Source: Myxococcales bacterium (GTDB lineage Bacteria; Myxococcota_A; Polyangia; Polyangiales; JAFGIB01). Taken from it: a stretch of DNA of 64,000 nt. The notes below the pieces were generated by a model, which was not told where the DNA came from, made no database searches, and saw only the letters and a list, made by a program, of their open reading frames with translations. Of this stretch, positions 39,568 through 48,959 are shown in pieces (within the stretch, counting starts at the first letter, position 1; each line of letters starts with the position of its first letter). Both the position numbers and the translations under genes were made by a program. The DNA lies in NCBI GenBank assembly GCA_050118535.1, contig JASFKR010000006.1, forward strand, positions 689-64,688, in the 5' to 3' direction.

Positions 39568-40089
39568 ATGGCCGTCTGGGCGATCGTCCTCGCGGTGGCC
39601 GCCCTCGTGTCCATGGGGCTCGGGGTGCTGACCACGCCCATCCCCGTGCTCGGGGCCCTCTTTTCGTTCGGCGCGCCCGCCCTGGCGCTGGCCGGGGTGA
39701 TCGTCGGCGGGCGCGCCCTGTCGCAGGCGCGACAACGGGACGAGCCCACCTCCCTGGCCAATGCGGGCGTCATCACCAGCGCGGTGGCCTTCGTGCCGGC
39801 CCTGCTGACGGCCCTCACCTGCGGCGTCTGCAACGCCCTGTGCTCGACCGGCGAGATCCAGACCCGGCGCGATTTCCAGTTCCAGGTGGGCCCGGGCGGC
39901 TTGCTGCAACACGACGCCGGCGCGGCCCAGCCGCCGCGGCCGCCGCTGCCCCCGCCGCCGGGACAGTCCGACGCGGGGGCCCCGCGGGGCGGGCCGGACG
40001 CTGCGCCCCGACCTGTCACCCCGGGGGCGGACGACGCGGACGACGCCCCGCCGCCCGCCTTTCCCCCGCCCCCGGTGCCCACGCGCTGA
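39568..40089 (+). CDS. Hypothetical membrane protein with Pro-rich tail
   Basis: Three hydrophobic segments, CGVCNALC; stop overlaps next start (TGATG). Confidence 0.65.
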   Translation: MAVWAIVLAVAALVSMGLGVLTTPIPVLGALFSFGAPALALAGVIVGGRALSQARQRDEPTSLANAGVITSAVAFVPALLTALTCGVCNALCSTGEIQTRRDFQFQVGPGGLLQHDAGAAQPPRPPLPPPPGQSDAGAPRGGPDAAPRPVTPGADDADDAPPPAFPPPPVPTR

Positions 40090-40865
40090 TGCACCCACTG
40101 ATCGCGGTGCTGCGCCTGGGTGAGCGCGCCGTTCCCATCGGCAGCTACGGGGCGATGCTCACCCTGGCCGTGCTGCTGGGCGCGGCCCTGACGCTGCGCG
40201 CCGCCGGTCGCGCGGGTCTCGATCCGGGGGCGGTCATCTCGGCCCTGGGCAGCGCGGTCGCCGGCGGCTTCGTGGGCGCGTGGCTACTTCAGCTGCTGGT
40301 GCAGTGGGCGCGGCTGGGCTCGCTGCAGGCGGCGCTCGCCCGTCCCGGCCTGGTCTTCTTCGGTGCGGCCCTGGGCGGGGCAGCGGCCCTGACCTGGAGC
40401 TGCCGGTGGCTACGACTGCCCGCGCTCACCCTGCTCGACCTGGCGGTGCCGGCGGTGGCGGTGGCCCACGCCGTGGGGCGGGTGGGCTGTCTGCTGGGCG
40501 GCTGCTGCTTCGGCGCGCCCGGCGGCGGTCCCCTGGGCGTGCGCTACACCCACCCGCTGGCGCCCGCGACGGCCCTGGGCGCGGATCTGCTGCGCCATCC
40601 GGTGCAGCTCTACGAGGCCGCGGGCCTGCTCGCCCTTTCGGCGTATTTCGCCAGCCGGCCGCCGGCCGAGCCGGGCAGCGGTCGCCGCGCCCTGCGCTAC
40701 GTGCTGGCCTACAGCGTGCTGCGCCTCTCGGTGGAGCCCCTGCGCGGTGACGCCGTGCGCGGCAGCCTGGCGGGCGGGCTGGTGTCCACCTCGCAGCTGA
40801 TCGCCCTGGTGCTGCTGCTGCTGTCGGCGTGGGCCCTGCGCGGCCGGCGGCGGGCGGCCGCCTGA
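40089..40865 (+). CDS. lgt: Prolipoprotein diacylglyceryl transferase family protein
   Basis: SYG, GLVFFG, GRVGC..GCCFG, RHPVQLYE, EPLR and STSQ. Confidence 0.8.
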   Translation: MHPLIAVLRLGERAVPIGSYGAMLTLAVLLGAALTLRAAGRAGLDPGAVISALGSAVAGGFVGAWLLQLLVQWARLGSLQAALARPGLVFFGAALGGAAALTWSCRWLRLPALTLLDLAVPAVAVAHAVGRVGCLLGGCCFGAPGGGPLGVRYTHPLAPATALGADLLRHPVQLYEAAGLLALSAYFASRPPAEPGSGRRALRYVLAYSVLRLSVEPLRGDAVRGSLAGGLVSTSQLIALVLLLLSAWALRGRRRAAA

Positions 40866-40910
40866 GCCCGGTTGGCGGCGGGCGGGCGCGCGGTGTACAC
40901 AGGCGCCAGC

Positions 40911-41789
40911 ATGGCCGCCCGCGTCTCCGCCGCAGCGATCGCGCTTTCAGCCTGCGCGCTGTGGTTGGGCGGGCAGGTCGAACGGGCGTCGGCGGAGCGT
41001 GTGCTGGAGCTGTCCCTGCACGGCCCGCGCCGGGTGCGCCTGCCCGGCGGCTACTTCGACCTGGGCAGCGACGGGCCGGACGTGGACTACGCCGTGGGGC
41101 TGTGCCGCGCGGCCACCGGCGGGTCGGCGGCCTGTCGCCCGGAGCTCTTCTCGGACGAGACGCCGCGCCACCGGGTCTACCTGCGGGCGTTCGCCATCGA
41201 CCGCACCGAGGTCTCCCACGCCGACTACGCGCGCTGCGTCGCCGACCAGGCCTGCGAGGTGCCGCGCACGGCGGCGGGCGATCCGCGGATGGGCCTGCCC
41301 GAGCATCCGGTGTCGGGCGTCACCTGGCACGACGCGCAGCGCTATTGCGCGTGGGCCGGCGGCGCCCTTCCGACCGAGGCCCAGTGGGAGCGGGCGGCCA
41401 GCGGGGGCGGCCCGCGACGCTTTCCCTGGGGCCGCCACTACAACAGCCGCGTGGCCAATGCGGGACGCGCCGACGGTGAGCCCGAGCTACTCGACGGATA
41501 TCGCTTCGCCGCGCCGGTGGGTGCCCTGCCCGACGGTCGGAGCGCCACCGGCCTGCTCCAGATGGCCGGCAACGTCTGGGAGCTGACCGCCGACCACTAC
41601 GCGCCCGACGCCTACGCCGAGCGCGACCTCGTCGACCCGCGCGGCCCCGAGCGGGGCGAGACGCGGGTCATGCGCGGCGGCTCCTTCCGCTCGCCGCCCC
41701 ACACCCTGCGCGTCACCCACCGGGAGCAGATCCGACCCGACGAGGCGCGACCGGACGTGGGTTTCCGCTGTGCCTACAATGTTCCCTGA
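40911..41789 (+). CDS. SUMF1/FGE-sulfatase-fold secreted protein
   Basis: DETPRH, IDRTEV, LPTEAQWE.AA, FPWG, MAGNVWE, RGGS and GFRC. Confidence 0.9.
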   Translation: MAARVSAAAIALSACALWLGGQVERASAERVLELSLHGPRRVRLPGGYFDLGSDGPDVDYAVGLCRAATGGSAACRPELFSDETPRHRVYLRAFAIDRTEVSHADYARCVADQACEVPRTAAGDPRMGLPEHPVSGVTWHDAQRYCAWAGGALPTEAQWERAASGGGPRRFPWGRHYNSRVANAGRADGEPELLDGYRFAAPVGALPDGRSATGLLQMAGNVWELTADHYAPDAYAERDLVDPRGPERGETRVMRGGSFRSPPHTLRVTHREQIRPDEARPDVGFRCAYNVP

Positions 41790-41904
41790 GCTGCCGGGAA
41801 AGGCGATGGGAGCGGTGGACCCGCGAGGGCAGGCGGGTATCCTCCGCCGCGAAGCCGGTCGGCGCCGTCGGACCGGCGCCTCCAACCGACGCGAGCGCGC
41901 TACC

Positions 41905-42174
41905 GTGAAACTTCTTTCCAGCCTCAAGTGGATCCTTCCTTTGGTCACGCTCCTCGCCGCCTGCACCCAGGGTGAGGGCGGTCCCTGCCAGCTCGACCGC
42001 GACTGCGACGACGGTCTGATCTGCCGCATCGGCTCCGGTCAGAGCGGCGCGCGCGGGGTCTGCCGCGATCCGGACGAGATCGAAGAGGAGCCCGACATGC
42101 CGATGATGGACTCGGAGGCGCCGGATCTGCCCGACGACGGGCAGCCCGAGTTCGACGACGAGGACGCCGGTTGA
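41905..42174 (+). CDS. Small Cys-rich lipoprotein with acidic tail
   Basis: LAAC lipobox; CQLDRDCDDGLIC. Confidence 0.7.
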   Translation: MKLLSSLKWILPLVTLLAACTQGEGGPCQLDRDCDDGLICRIGSGQSGARGVCRDPDEIEEEPDMPMMDSEAPDLPDDGQPEFDDEDAG

Positions 42175-43352
42175 CGCCGATCGGGGCCAGCCGTAACGTG
42201 GCGACTCTGATGGCGACCCCGCGCATGGCCGCGCCTGCGGCCCTCGTGATCGCGCTGCTGACCGGCGCCACCGCCGCGGCCCAGGCACCCGAACCCGGGA
42301 CCGAGACCGGGGCCGCGCCCGAAACCGAGACCGGGTCCGAGGCCGCGCCCGAGACCGGGACCGAATCCGAGCCCGGGTCCGAGACCGTGACCGGGTCCGA
42401 AACCGAGGCCGAAACCGAGGCCGAAACCGAGGCCGCGTCCGGGTCCGAGGCCGCGTCCGAATCCGGGTCCGAGCCCCAGCCCGCCGAGCCCACGCCCGAG
42501 CAGCGTGAGAACGCTCGCATGGCCTATGCCGAGGGCCAGGCCCTCTTCGACAAGGAACGCTACGAGGAGGCCCGGGCGGCGTTTCAGCGCGCCCACAACA
42601 CCATCCCCAATCCGGTCGTGCTGCTGCCCATCGCCGAGTGCGATTTCCGCATGGGCAAGCTCGAGGAGGCCTATCAGGGGTTCGAGCGCTACCTGCAGGA
42701 GCGTCCGGACGCGCCCGAGCGCACCGAGGTCGAGCAGAAGATGGCCGACCTGCGCGAGGTGCCGGCGCTCGTCGGCGTCACCAGCGCGCCGGCCGGCGCC
42801 GCCATCAAGGTCGACGGACAGGACACGGGCCAGGTCACGCCCGCCACGGTGGAAATCGTCCGCGGCGAGCACATCGTCGAGCTCACCCTCGCCGGCCACA
42901 ATCCCTCGTCGAAATCGATCGAGACGCGCATCGGCGGACGCTACGAGCTCGCCTTCACGCTGGAGCCGCTGCCGCCCCCACCGCCGGTGGCCCAAGTGGA
43001 TGACACACAGCCTCCCCGCGACACGTCCCCGCCGACCGCGGCCATGTGGGCGACCGGGGTGATCGGTGCCGCCGGCATGGTCACCGGCAGCGTGCTCGGG
43101 TTCATGGCCCTGTCGGAGCGCTCCGATTTCGATGACAACCCCACCGCCGAGTCCGCCGACCGGGGCGAGCGGCTGGCGCTCTTCGCCGACGTGGCCTTCG
43201 GGGTGGGCGCCATGGCCCTGATCACGGGCGCGGTCCTGTATCTGACCGCGGGCGAGGCCGAGGGCGATGCCGCCGCCGACACCGCGCGCTTCCAGCTCAC
43301 CCCCACCGTCGCGCCCGACGGCGCGGCGGTGCGCGCCCGGATGCGGTTCTGA
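42171..43352 (+). CDS. TPR + PEGA-domain secreted/outer-membrane protein
   Basis: Signal peptide, T/E/S/G repeat, TPR helices, PEGA (TSAPAGAAIKVDG..GQVTP), C-terminal beta-strand ending in Phe; start may be 42210. Confidence 0.82.
   Translation: MTPIGASRNVATLMATPRMAAPAALVIALLTGATAAAQAPEPGTETGAAPETETGSEAAPETGTESEPGSETVTGSETEAETEAETEAASGSEAASESGSEPQPAEPTPEQRENARMAYAEGQALFDKERYEEARAAFQRAHNTIPNPVVLLPIAECDFRMGKLEEAYQGFERYLQERPDAPERTEVEQKMADLREVPALVGVTSAPAGAAIKVDGQDTGQVTPATVEIVRGEHIVELTLAGHNPSSKSIETRIGGRYELAFTLEPLPPPPPVAQVDDTQPPRDTSPPTAAMWATGVIGAAGMVTGSVLGFMALSERSDFDDNPTAESADRGERLALFADVAFGVGAMALITGAVLYLTAGEAEGDAAADTARFQLTPTVAPDGAAVRARMRF
42288..42476 (+). repeat. Imperfect hexamer-periodic repeat encoding TE/SG/AE
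   Basis: Repeated ACCGAG/ACCGGG/TCCGAG/GCCGAA units. Confidence 0.8.
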
Positions 43353-43362
43353 GAGTCACGCC

Positions 43363-43623
43363 ATGTCGCGCACCCTGTCTGCACTGCTGATCACCCTCTG
43401 TCTCCTGGGCTCCGGCTGTGAGCTGATCGCCGACTTCGATCGCGGCAAGATCCCGGTGGAGGGCATGGACGCCGGCGAGGACGCCGGCGGGGGCGATGGT
43501 GACGGTGACGGGGACGGGGACGGGGATGACGACGCGGGGGCCGAACCCACCGACGGCGGCGCCGGTTCGGACGAGGACGCGGGCGACGGGGACGGTGACG
43601 CCGGCGACGACGACGCCGGCTGA
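43363..43623 (+). CDS. Small acidic Gly-Asp-repeat lipoprotein
   Basis: GSGC lipobox, CELIADFD, GD/DAG repeats. Confidence 0.7.
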   Translation: MSRTLSALLITLCLLGSGCELIADFDRGKIPVEGMDAGEDAGGGDGDGDGDGDGDDDAGAEPTDGGAGSDEDAGDGDGDAGDDDAG

Positions 43624-43630
43624 GCGCGAG

Positions 43631-44914
43631 TCAGTGGGCCGCGGCCGCGTCGGCGCGCGCCTTCTGCAACTTGCGTGTGCGTGAGCGCAGGGCGCGCACC
43701 AGCATGACCTCGCTCGCGGCGGTCATCCCGTGGCCCAGATAGGGATCGGCGCCCAGCAGGCTGCGCAGCAGCCAGTTGGAGTTTCGCAGGTCGAAGCGGG
43801 CCCATCCGGCGATCATGGTCACGCCCTTGCGCACCGCGGCCGTCTCGAAGTGCCAGCGTCCACCTTGCAGCGCGCCGTCGGTGGCCTCGATGGCCACCAC
43901 CGGATCCTCGTCACGCATCTGCATCCGCCCCGAGACACCCACAAGGGGCAGGTCGATGTCCCAGTCGAAGGTAGTGAGGGGGCCCCGCTTTTCCACGATC
44001 CGGGCGGCGCTGCCCGGCATCAGCGACGAGCCGAAGGCGTCGGCGTCCAGCATGACCTCGCGCACCAGCGAGCGTTTGCGACTGATCAGGCCGTAGACCG
44101 CCACCTGATCGAGGTGATCGCCGCGCATGTCCAGCACCACCAGGTCGCCGCGCACCAGCAGCGGAAGGATGCGCGCGTGGTTGACGGGCGGCTTGCCCAG
44201 CGGGGGCGCCTCGCCGGCGGCGTGCACGTGGCCGGCGCGTCGCTCGGCCTCCCGCCGGAAGCTCAGCAACATGGAGTAGGCCAACGACATGTTGGCTGCA
44301 CGGTTGACGCTGCGCGCGGCCTTCGCCACCTGGCGCGCGATGTAATTGGCCTCCCGAAGGTCCAGGCGCATGGACACCACGAGCAGACTGCGCGCGGGGC
44401 CGCGTGGCAGCACGCGCAGGCTCATGCGGCCCCGACCGAGGTCGCCGTGCTGGCTGTCGATGGTGACCCGATGGCCGCGCGACGGCCGGCTCGCGGGCGC
44501 GGGGTAGATGCGCATGTTGTTGCGCCCGTCGAGGGTCATCATTCCCAGTTGCCAGCGCCAGTCGTAGACGGTCGAGGCTCCGTGCCGGGCCACCACCTCC
44601 ACCGCGTCGAGGGTGCGGATGAACCGCGGGTAGCGCGCCGGGTCCCGCAGCACCGACAGCACCTGGTCGGCGTTGGCGTTCACCAGGCTGGCCACGTTGA
44701 TCGCCGGCAGCTGGTCCCCCTCCATGTCGGCGAACTCCACCAGGGCCACCGGGCCGCGCGAGAGCAGCGGATCGATGCGCTCCAGGTCCTTCTTCCCCAG
44801 CCCGCGCAGCCGATCGGTGGCGGCGTCGTAGCTCGCATCCGGACGGGCGGCGGCGAGCGAGGTCGACAGGGAGATCGCGAGCAGGGCGATCAGCGGCAGG
44901 GTGCGCGGGTGCAT
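43631..44914 (-). CDS. Secreted tandem SRPBCC/START-domain protein
   Basis: Signal peptide; two repeats with D...YP.F / D..AF...MP and GDL..G / GAL..GRW patterns. Confidence 0.6.
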   Translation of the reverse strand: MHPRTLPLIALLAISLSTSLAAARPDASYDAATDRLRGLGKKDLERIDPLLSRGPVALVEFADMEGDQLPAINVASLVNANADQVLSVLRDPARYPRFIRTLDAVEVVARHGASTVYDWRWQLGMMTLDGRNNMRIYPAPASRPSRGHRVTIDSQHGDLGRGRMSLRVLPRGPARSLLVVSMRLDLREANYIARQVAKAARSVNRAANMSLAYSMLLSFRREAERRAGHVHAAGEAPPLGKPPVNHARILPLLVRGDLVVLDMRGDHLDQVAVYGLISRKRSLVREVMLDADAFGSSLMPGSAARIVEKRGPLTTFDWDIDLPLVGVSGRMQMRDEDPVVAIEATDGALQGGRWHFETAAVRKGVTMIAGWARFDLRNSNWLLRSLLGADPYLGHGMTAASEVMLVRALRSRTRKLQKARADAAAAH

Positions 44915-45072
44915 GGTCTCGGATTGGACGCGGCAGCGTCCGGAAAATTCAAAGCCAGATCGGGCCTCGGTGCAAACCCACACGTTTCCGGGCGGCTACG
45001 GGGCGTCGTCCCGGCCCAAAAATGGGGCAGGACGCCTTGACCCTGGCCGAGGGCCGGCCGTAGATGATCGCC

Positions 45073-45717
45073 ATGAAAATCTTCATCGACTCTGCGGACA
45101 TTGGTGAAATCCGGGAAGCGGCCTCCATGGGCGTGATCGACGGGGTGACCACCAACCCGAGCCTCGTGGCCAAGACCGGCCGCAGCTTCGATGCGGTGAT
45201 CCGCGACATCCTGGAGGTCGTGGACGGCCCGATCAGCGCCGAGGTCATCGCCACCGACACCGACGGGATCCTGGCCGAAGGCCGCAAGCTCGCGGCGATT
45301 CATCCCAACATCGTGGTCAAGGTTCCTCTGATCGCCGACGGCATCAAGGCCGTGCGTGTCTTCACCGAGGAGGACATCAAGACCAACGTCACGCTCTGCT
45401 TCAGTGCGACCCAGGCGCTGCTGGCGGCCAAGGCCGGCGCGACCTACATCAGCCCCTTCCTGGGCCGCATCGACGACATCTCCGGCGACGGTCTCGACCT
45501 GATCGCCCAGATCTGCACGATCTACGGCAACTACGACTTCGGCACCGAAGTGCTGGCCGCGAGCATCCGACACCCGGTGCACCTGATGCGCTGCGCAGAG
45601 ATGGGGGCGGATGTGGCGACCATTCCCCACAAGGTCATCCTGCAGCTCCTCAAGCACCCGCTGACCGACGCGGGCCTGGCCAAGTTCCTGGAAGACGCCA
45701 AGAAGATTCCGGAGTGA
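45073..45717 (+). CDS. tal: Transaldolase (FSA/TalC family)
   Basis: [39 protein letters not shown] and HPLTD. Confidence 0.95.
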   Translation: MKIFIDSADIGEIREAASMGVIDGVTTNPSLVAKTGRSFDAVIRDILEVVDGPISAEVIATDTDGILAEGRKLAAIHPNIVVKVPLIADGIKAVRVFTEEDIKTNVTLCFSATQALLAAKAGATYISPFLGRIDDISGDGLDLIAQICTIYGNYDFGTEVLAASIRHPVHLMRCAEMGADVATIPHKVILQLLKHPLTDAGLAKFLEDAKKIPE

Positions 45718-46625
45718 GCCGACCGCGCGTCCTGGTCGTCTTCAAGAAGTCGGCCTACCAGATCTACGTGCACGAGCGCGGCCACGCGCGCGTCGCCGAG
45801 CTCCTCGACAGCGGAGACCCGGCCGTCTCCACGCTGCTGCGCGCCCACGAAGACCACGAGGCGACCGTCGAGGAGACGCGGCGCGTGCTGCGGGAGGCCA
45901 AGGTCACCGCCGTCTTCCGGCGCCGCAGCGACCCGCGCTCGCAGCAGCAGTTCGACCTGGTGCTCACGGTGGGCGGCGACGGCACGCTGCTGTCGGCCTC
46001 GCACATGGTCGCCCGCGGCTGCCCCGTGCTGGCAATCAACTCGGCGCCGCGTGACAGCGTGGGCTACTTCTGCGCCGGCACCCGCACGGAGCTGGCCGCG
46101 CTGCTCGACGACGCCCTTTCGGGGCGACTTTCCGAGACGCGCCTGACGCGCATGCGCGTGCTCGTCGACGACGAGATCATCTCGTCGCGCGTCCTCAACG
46201 ACGTGCTCTTCAGCCACAGCTGCCCGGCGGCGACGACGCGCTACGCGATCCGACTGCGCGGCCACGAGGAAGTGCACAAGTCGAGCGGCGTGTGGGTGGG
46301 GACGCCCGCCGGCTCGACCGCTGCGCTGCGCTCGGCGGGCGGCCGCGTGCAGCCCATCACCTCCAAGCGGCTTCAGTTCGTGGTGCGCGAGCCCTACGCC
46401 GCGGCGGCGCGCCATGAGGAGCTGCTCAAGGGCTTCATCGCTCCGGACGAGCACCTGGACATCCAGAGCCACATTCGATCCGGCCACCTCTACATCGACG
46501 GACCGCACATGAAGCGCGAGATCGAGATCGGCTCGACCCTGCGCATGGAGCGCTCGGACCAGAGCCTGTCGCTGCTCGGCTTCCGTGGCCGCCGCGTGGC
46601 TGCGCGCACCCTGGCCAAGGGCTGA
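45714..46625 (+). CDS. NAD(+)/NADH kinase
   Basis: [11 protein letters not shown] and GTPAGSTA motifs. Confidence 0.9.
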   Translation: MSRPRVLVVFKKSAYQIYVHERGHARVAELLDSGDPAVSTLLRAHEDHEATVEETRRVLREAKVTAVFRRRSDPRSQQQFDLVLTVGGDGTLLSASHMVARGCPVLAINSAPRDSVGYFCAGTRTELAALLDDALSGRLSETRLTRMRVLVDDEIISSRVLNDVLFSHSCPAATTRYAIRLRGHEEVHKSSGVWVGTPAGSTAALRSAGGRVQPITSKRLQFVVREPYAAAARHEELLKGFIAPDEHLDIQSHIRSGHLYIDGPHMKREIEIGSTLRMERSDQSLSLLGFRGRRVAARTLAKG

Positions 46626-46649
46626 GCGCCGCCGTTATCATTCGCGCGG

Positions 46650-47282
46650 ATGGTCGCGCGTCTGCATTCGCTGCTGGGGCTCGTGCCGCTCGCGGCCTTC
46701 GTGGTCTTTCACCTCTGGGACCTGTGGCCGGTGCTGGAGGGGCGAGACGCCTGGCTCGCCACGCGCCGCGACGGAGGGCGGCTCGCCGTCGCAGCGCTGG
46801 TGATCGCGCCCCTCGTGGTGCACGCGGCGCTGGGGCTGCTGCGGCTGCGTACGCGCGGCAGCAGGCCGCAAGTCGGCGGGCGCGCGGGGCTGGCCCGGGT
46901 GCAGCTCGGCACCGGCCTGGTAGTGCTGGCGTTTCTGCTCTTTCACCTGGCTCAGGTGTGGGGAGGTGTGCGTGGGCCCCACCGCGCCCCGGGAGCCGCC
47001 GCCTATGCCACGCTGTGGAGCGAGCTCGGGCGTCCGGGGCCCCTGCTCGCGTACTTGATGGGCGTCACCGCGCTCAGTTTCCACCTCGGGCACGGTCTGT
47101 CGCGGCTGCCCGGGACCTGGGGGGGGGGGGCGAACCCGGGAGGCCGCCTGGTGGCGCGACTCGTCGGGGGCGTCTGCGGATTCGCCCTGTGGCTCGCATG
47201 GCTGCAGCTGCTGGCCCACTTCGCGGTTGGCGGGTCCCTGCTGGGAGACGCTGACGCGGCACGGGAGCTTCTGCGAAGGTGA
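46650..47282 (+). CDS. Succinate dehydrogenase cytochrome b558 (SdhC)-like membrane protein, orphan
   Basis: RLHSLLGLVP..F...HL, five TM segments with His ligands, HLGHGL and TWG. Confidence 0.65.
   Translation: MVARLHSLLGLVPLAAFVVFHLWDLWPVLEGRDAWLATRRDGGRLAVAALVIAPLVVHAALGLLRLRTRGSRPQVGGRAGLARVQLGTGLVVLAFLLFHLAQVWGGVRGPHRAPGAAAYATLWSELGRPGPLLAYLMGVTALSFHLGHGLSRLPGTWGGGANPGGRLVARLVGGVCGFALWLAWLQLLAHFAVGGSLLGDADAARELLRR
47119..47130 (+). repeat. G12 homopolymer within CDS
   Basis: Twelve consecutive G encoding W-G-G-G-A. Confidence 0.9.
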
Positions 47283-47315
47283 CGTCGCGGTCGGTGGCGT
47301 CTAAACTGCGGTGCC

Positions 47316-48245
47316 ATGCATCGCATCGTGGCGGTCGCGGTCAACACTTTCCGCGAGGCGGTCCGTGATCGGGTGCTCTACGGAGTGCTCGGGGTGGCCT
47401 CGGCGGTCCTCGTCTTCACGCTGGTGCTCGCGGAGGTCTCACTCGATCAGCAGCGTCGCATCGTGCTCGACGTGGGTCTGGCTTCCATCTCCCTGTTCTC
47501 GGTGCTGGTGGCCATCTTTCTGGGCTCCTCGCTGCTCTACAAGGAGATCGAGCGCAAGACGCTCTACGTGATCCTGCCCAAGCCCATCCGTCGCCACGAG
47601 TTTCTGCTGGGTAAGTACTTCGGCATCGCGCTTACCGCCTTCGTCTTCGTCTGCATCATGGGCGCCATCCAGCTGTTGGTCACCGCAGTGCAGGCGGGCG
47701 CCCACACGGCGACGGTGGTCGGGGTGGCGCTGGCATTGCCAGCGGCGCTCGGGCTGTGGGTGTGGAAGGCGCACGACCGCACGGCGGCCGTGGTGCCCTG
47801 GTCGCTGCTGGCCCTCGGCGTGTCGGCCATGGTGGCCAATACGGCAGACCTGGAGCTGCTGCCCGTTCTGTCGGCGCTCACGTTGAACATCGGCGAGGTG
47901 CTCCTGCTCACTTCCGTGGCGCTCTTCTTCTCGTCCTTCTCCACGCCCTTTCTGACCGCGCTCTTCACCTTTGGCGTGTGGGTGGTCGGCCGCAGCGCCG
48001 ACGTGATGGTCACCATGAAGAGCAAGACCATCCCGCAAGCGATCAAGGACATTCTGGCGCAGCTGGTCGGTGTGTGGCCGAACTTCAACCTCTTCGTGCC
48101 AGGGCGGCACACGCTGGAGACCCAGCTCACCGACACGGCCGGTCCGCTGACCTACGTCGGAAACAACCTGCTCTACGCGGTCGGCTATTCCTTCATCGTG
48201 CTGACGCTGGCCGCGCGCATCTTCCAGCGCCGGGACTTTCTGTGA
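47316..48245 (+). CDS. ABC-2-type transporter permease (PilI-like)
   Basis: NTFREAVRDR and KEIERKTLYVILPKPIRR.EFLLGKY; C-terminal FQRRDF. Confidence 0.85.
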   Translation: MHRIVAVAVNTFREAVRDRVLYGVLGVASAVLVFTLVLAEVSLDQQRRIVLDVGLASISLFSVLVAIFLGSSLLYKEIERKTLYVILPKPIRRHEFLLGKYFGIALTAFVFVCIMGAIQLLVTAVQAGAHTATVVGVALALPAALGLWVWKAHDRTAAVVPWSLLALGVSAMVANTADLELLPVLSALTLNIGEVLLLTSVALFFSSFSTPFLTALFTFGVWVVGRSADVMVTMKSKTIPQAIKDILAQLVGVWPNFNLFVPGRHTLETQLTDTAGPLTYVGNNLLYAVGYSFIVLTLAARIFQRRDFL

Positions 48246-48904
48246 GTTCGATCTCTCCGACCGCCACACGCTCCCTCGCCCTGGCGGGCGCCGTGGTTGG
48301 GGTGCTGCTTTGCGTATTTGCGGTGCGCGTCGTGACGTCGGCCGCGTCCGAGCTCGAGCGTGGCGCGGCCCTGCAGACCGAGGGCGACACCGAGGGTGCG
48401 ATCATACACTTGCGACGCGCCGCCCGATGGTACGCGCCGGGCAGTCCCTACCACGTCCGGGCCCTGTCCCGCCTGGCCGAGATCGGGGCGGCGGCCGAGC
48501 ACGAAGGCGAGACGGAGCGTGCCCTGTCGGCCTACCGCGCGATCCGGGGCTCGATCCTGGCGACGCGCTCCTTTTACGTGCCGGAGCGGGAGCGACTGGA
48601 GGCCGCCAACGCCCGCATCGCCGACCTGATGGCCTCGCTGCCGCCGCCGCCCATGGACGCGGGCAAGAGCCGCGAGCAGATCCGCGGCGAGCACCTCGCG
48701 CTCCTGCAGGCGGATCCCGGACCGGACGTGCTTTGGACACTGGTGCTGCTCATCGGCTTCCTGGCCTGGGTGGGTGGCGCGTTCGCCTTCACCCTGCGCG
48801 CCGTCGACGATGACGACCACTTCGTGGTCCGCGAGGCCCTGCGCTGGGGGGCGGTGATCGCTGTGGGCTTCGGCCTGTTCGTGTTGGGAATGGTCCTGGC
48901 GTGA
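48242..48904 (+). CDS. Hypothetical membrane protein with TPR-like helices
   Basis: GTG overlapping the upstream stop; N- and C-terminal TM segments. Confidence 0.7.
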   Translation: MSSISPTATRSLALAGAVVGVLLCVFAVRVVTSAASELERGAALQTEGDTEGAIIHLRRAARWYAPGSPYHVRALSRLAEIGAAAEHEGETERALSAYRAIRGSILATRSFYVPERERLEAANARIADLMASLPPPPMDAGKSREQIRGEHLALLQADPGPDVLWTLVLLIGFLAWVGGAFAFTLRAVDDDDHFVVREALRWGAVIAVGFGLFVLGMVLA

Positions 48905-48959
48905 GCGCGGTTGATCCGGCAACCCTTGATGCTCGCCCCACGCTGGGCTAGGAGGCCCC

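Noticed and set aside
40911-41789. True formylglycine-generating enzyme
   Set aside because: The catalytic Cys pair after RGGS is absent (RGGSFRSPPHTLR) and no sulfatase is nearby
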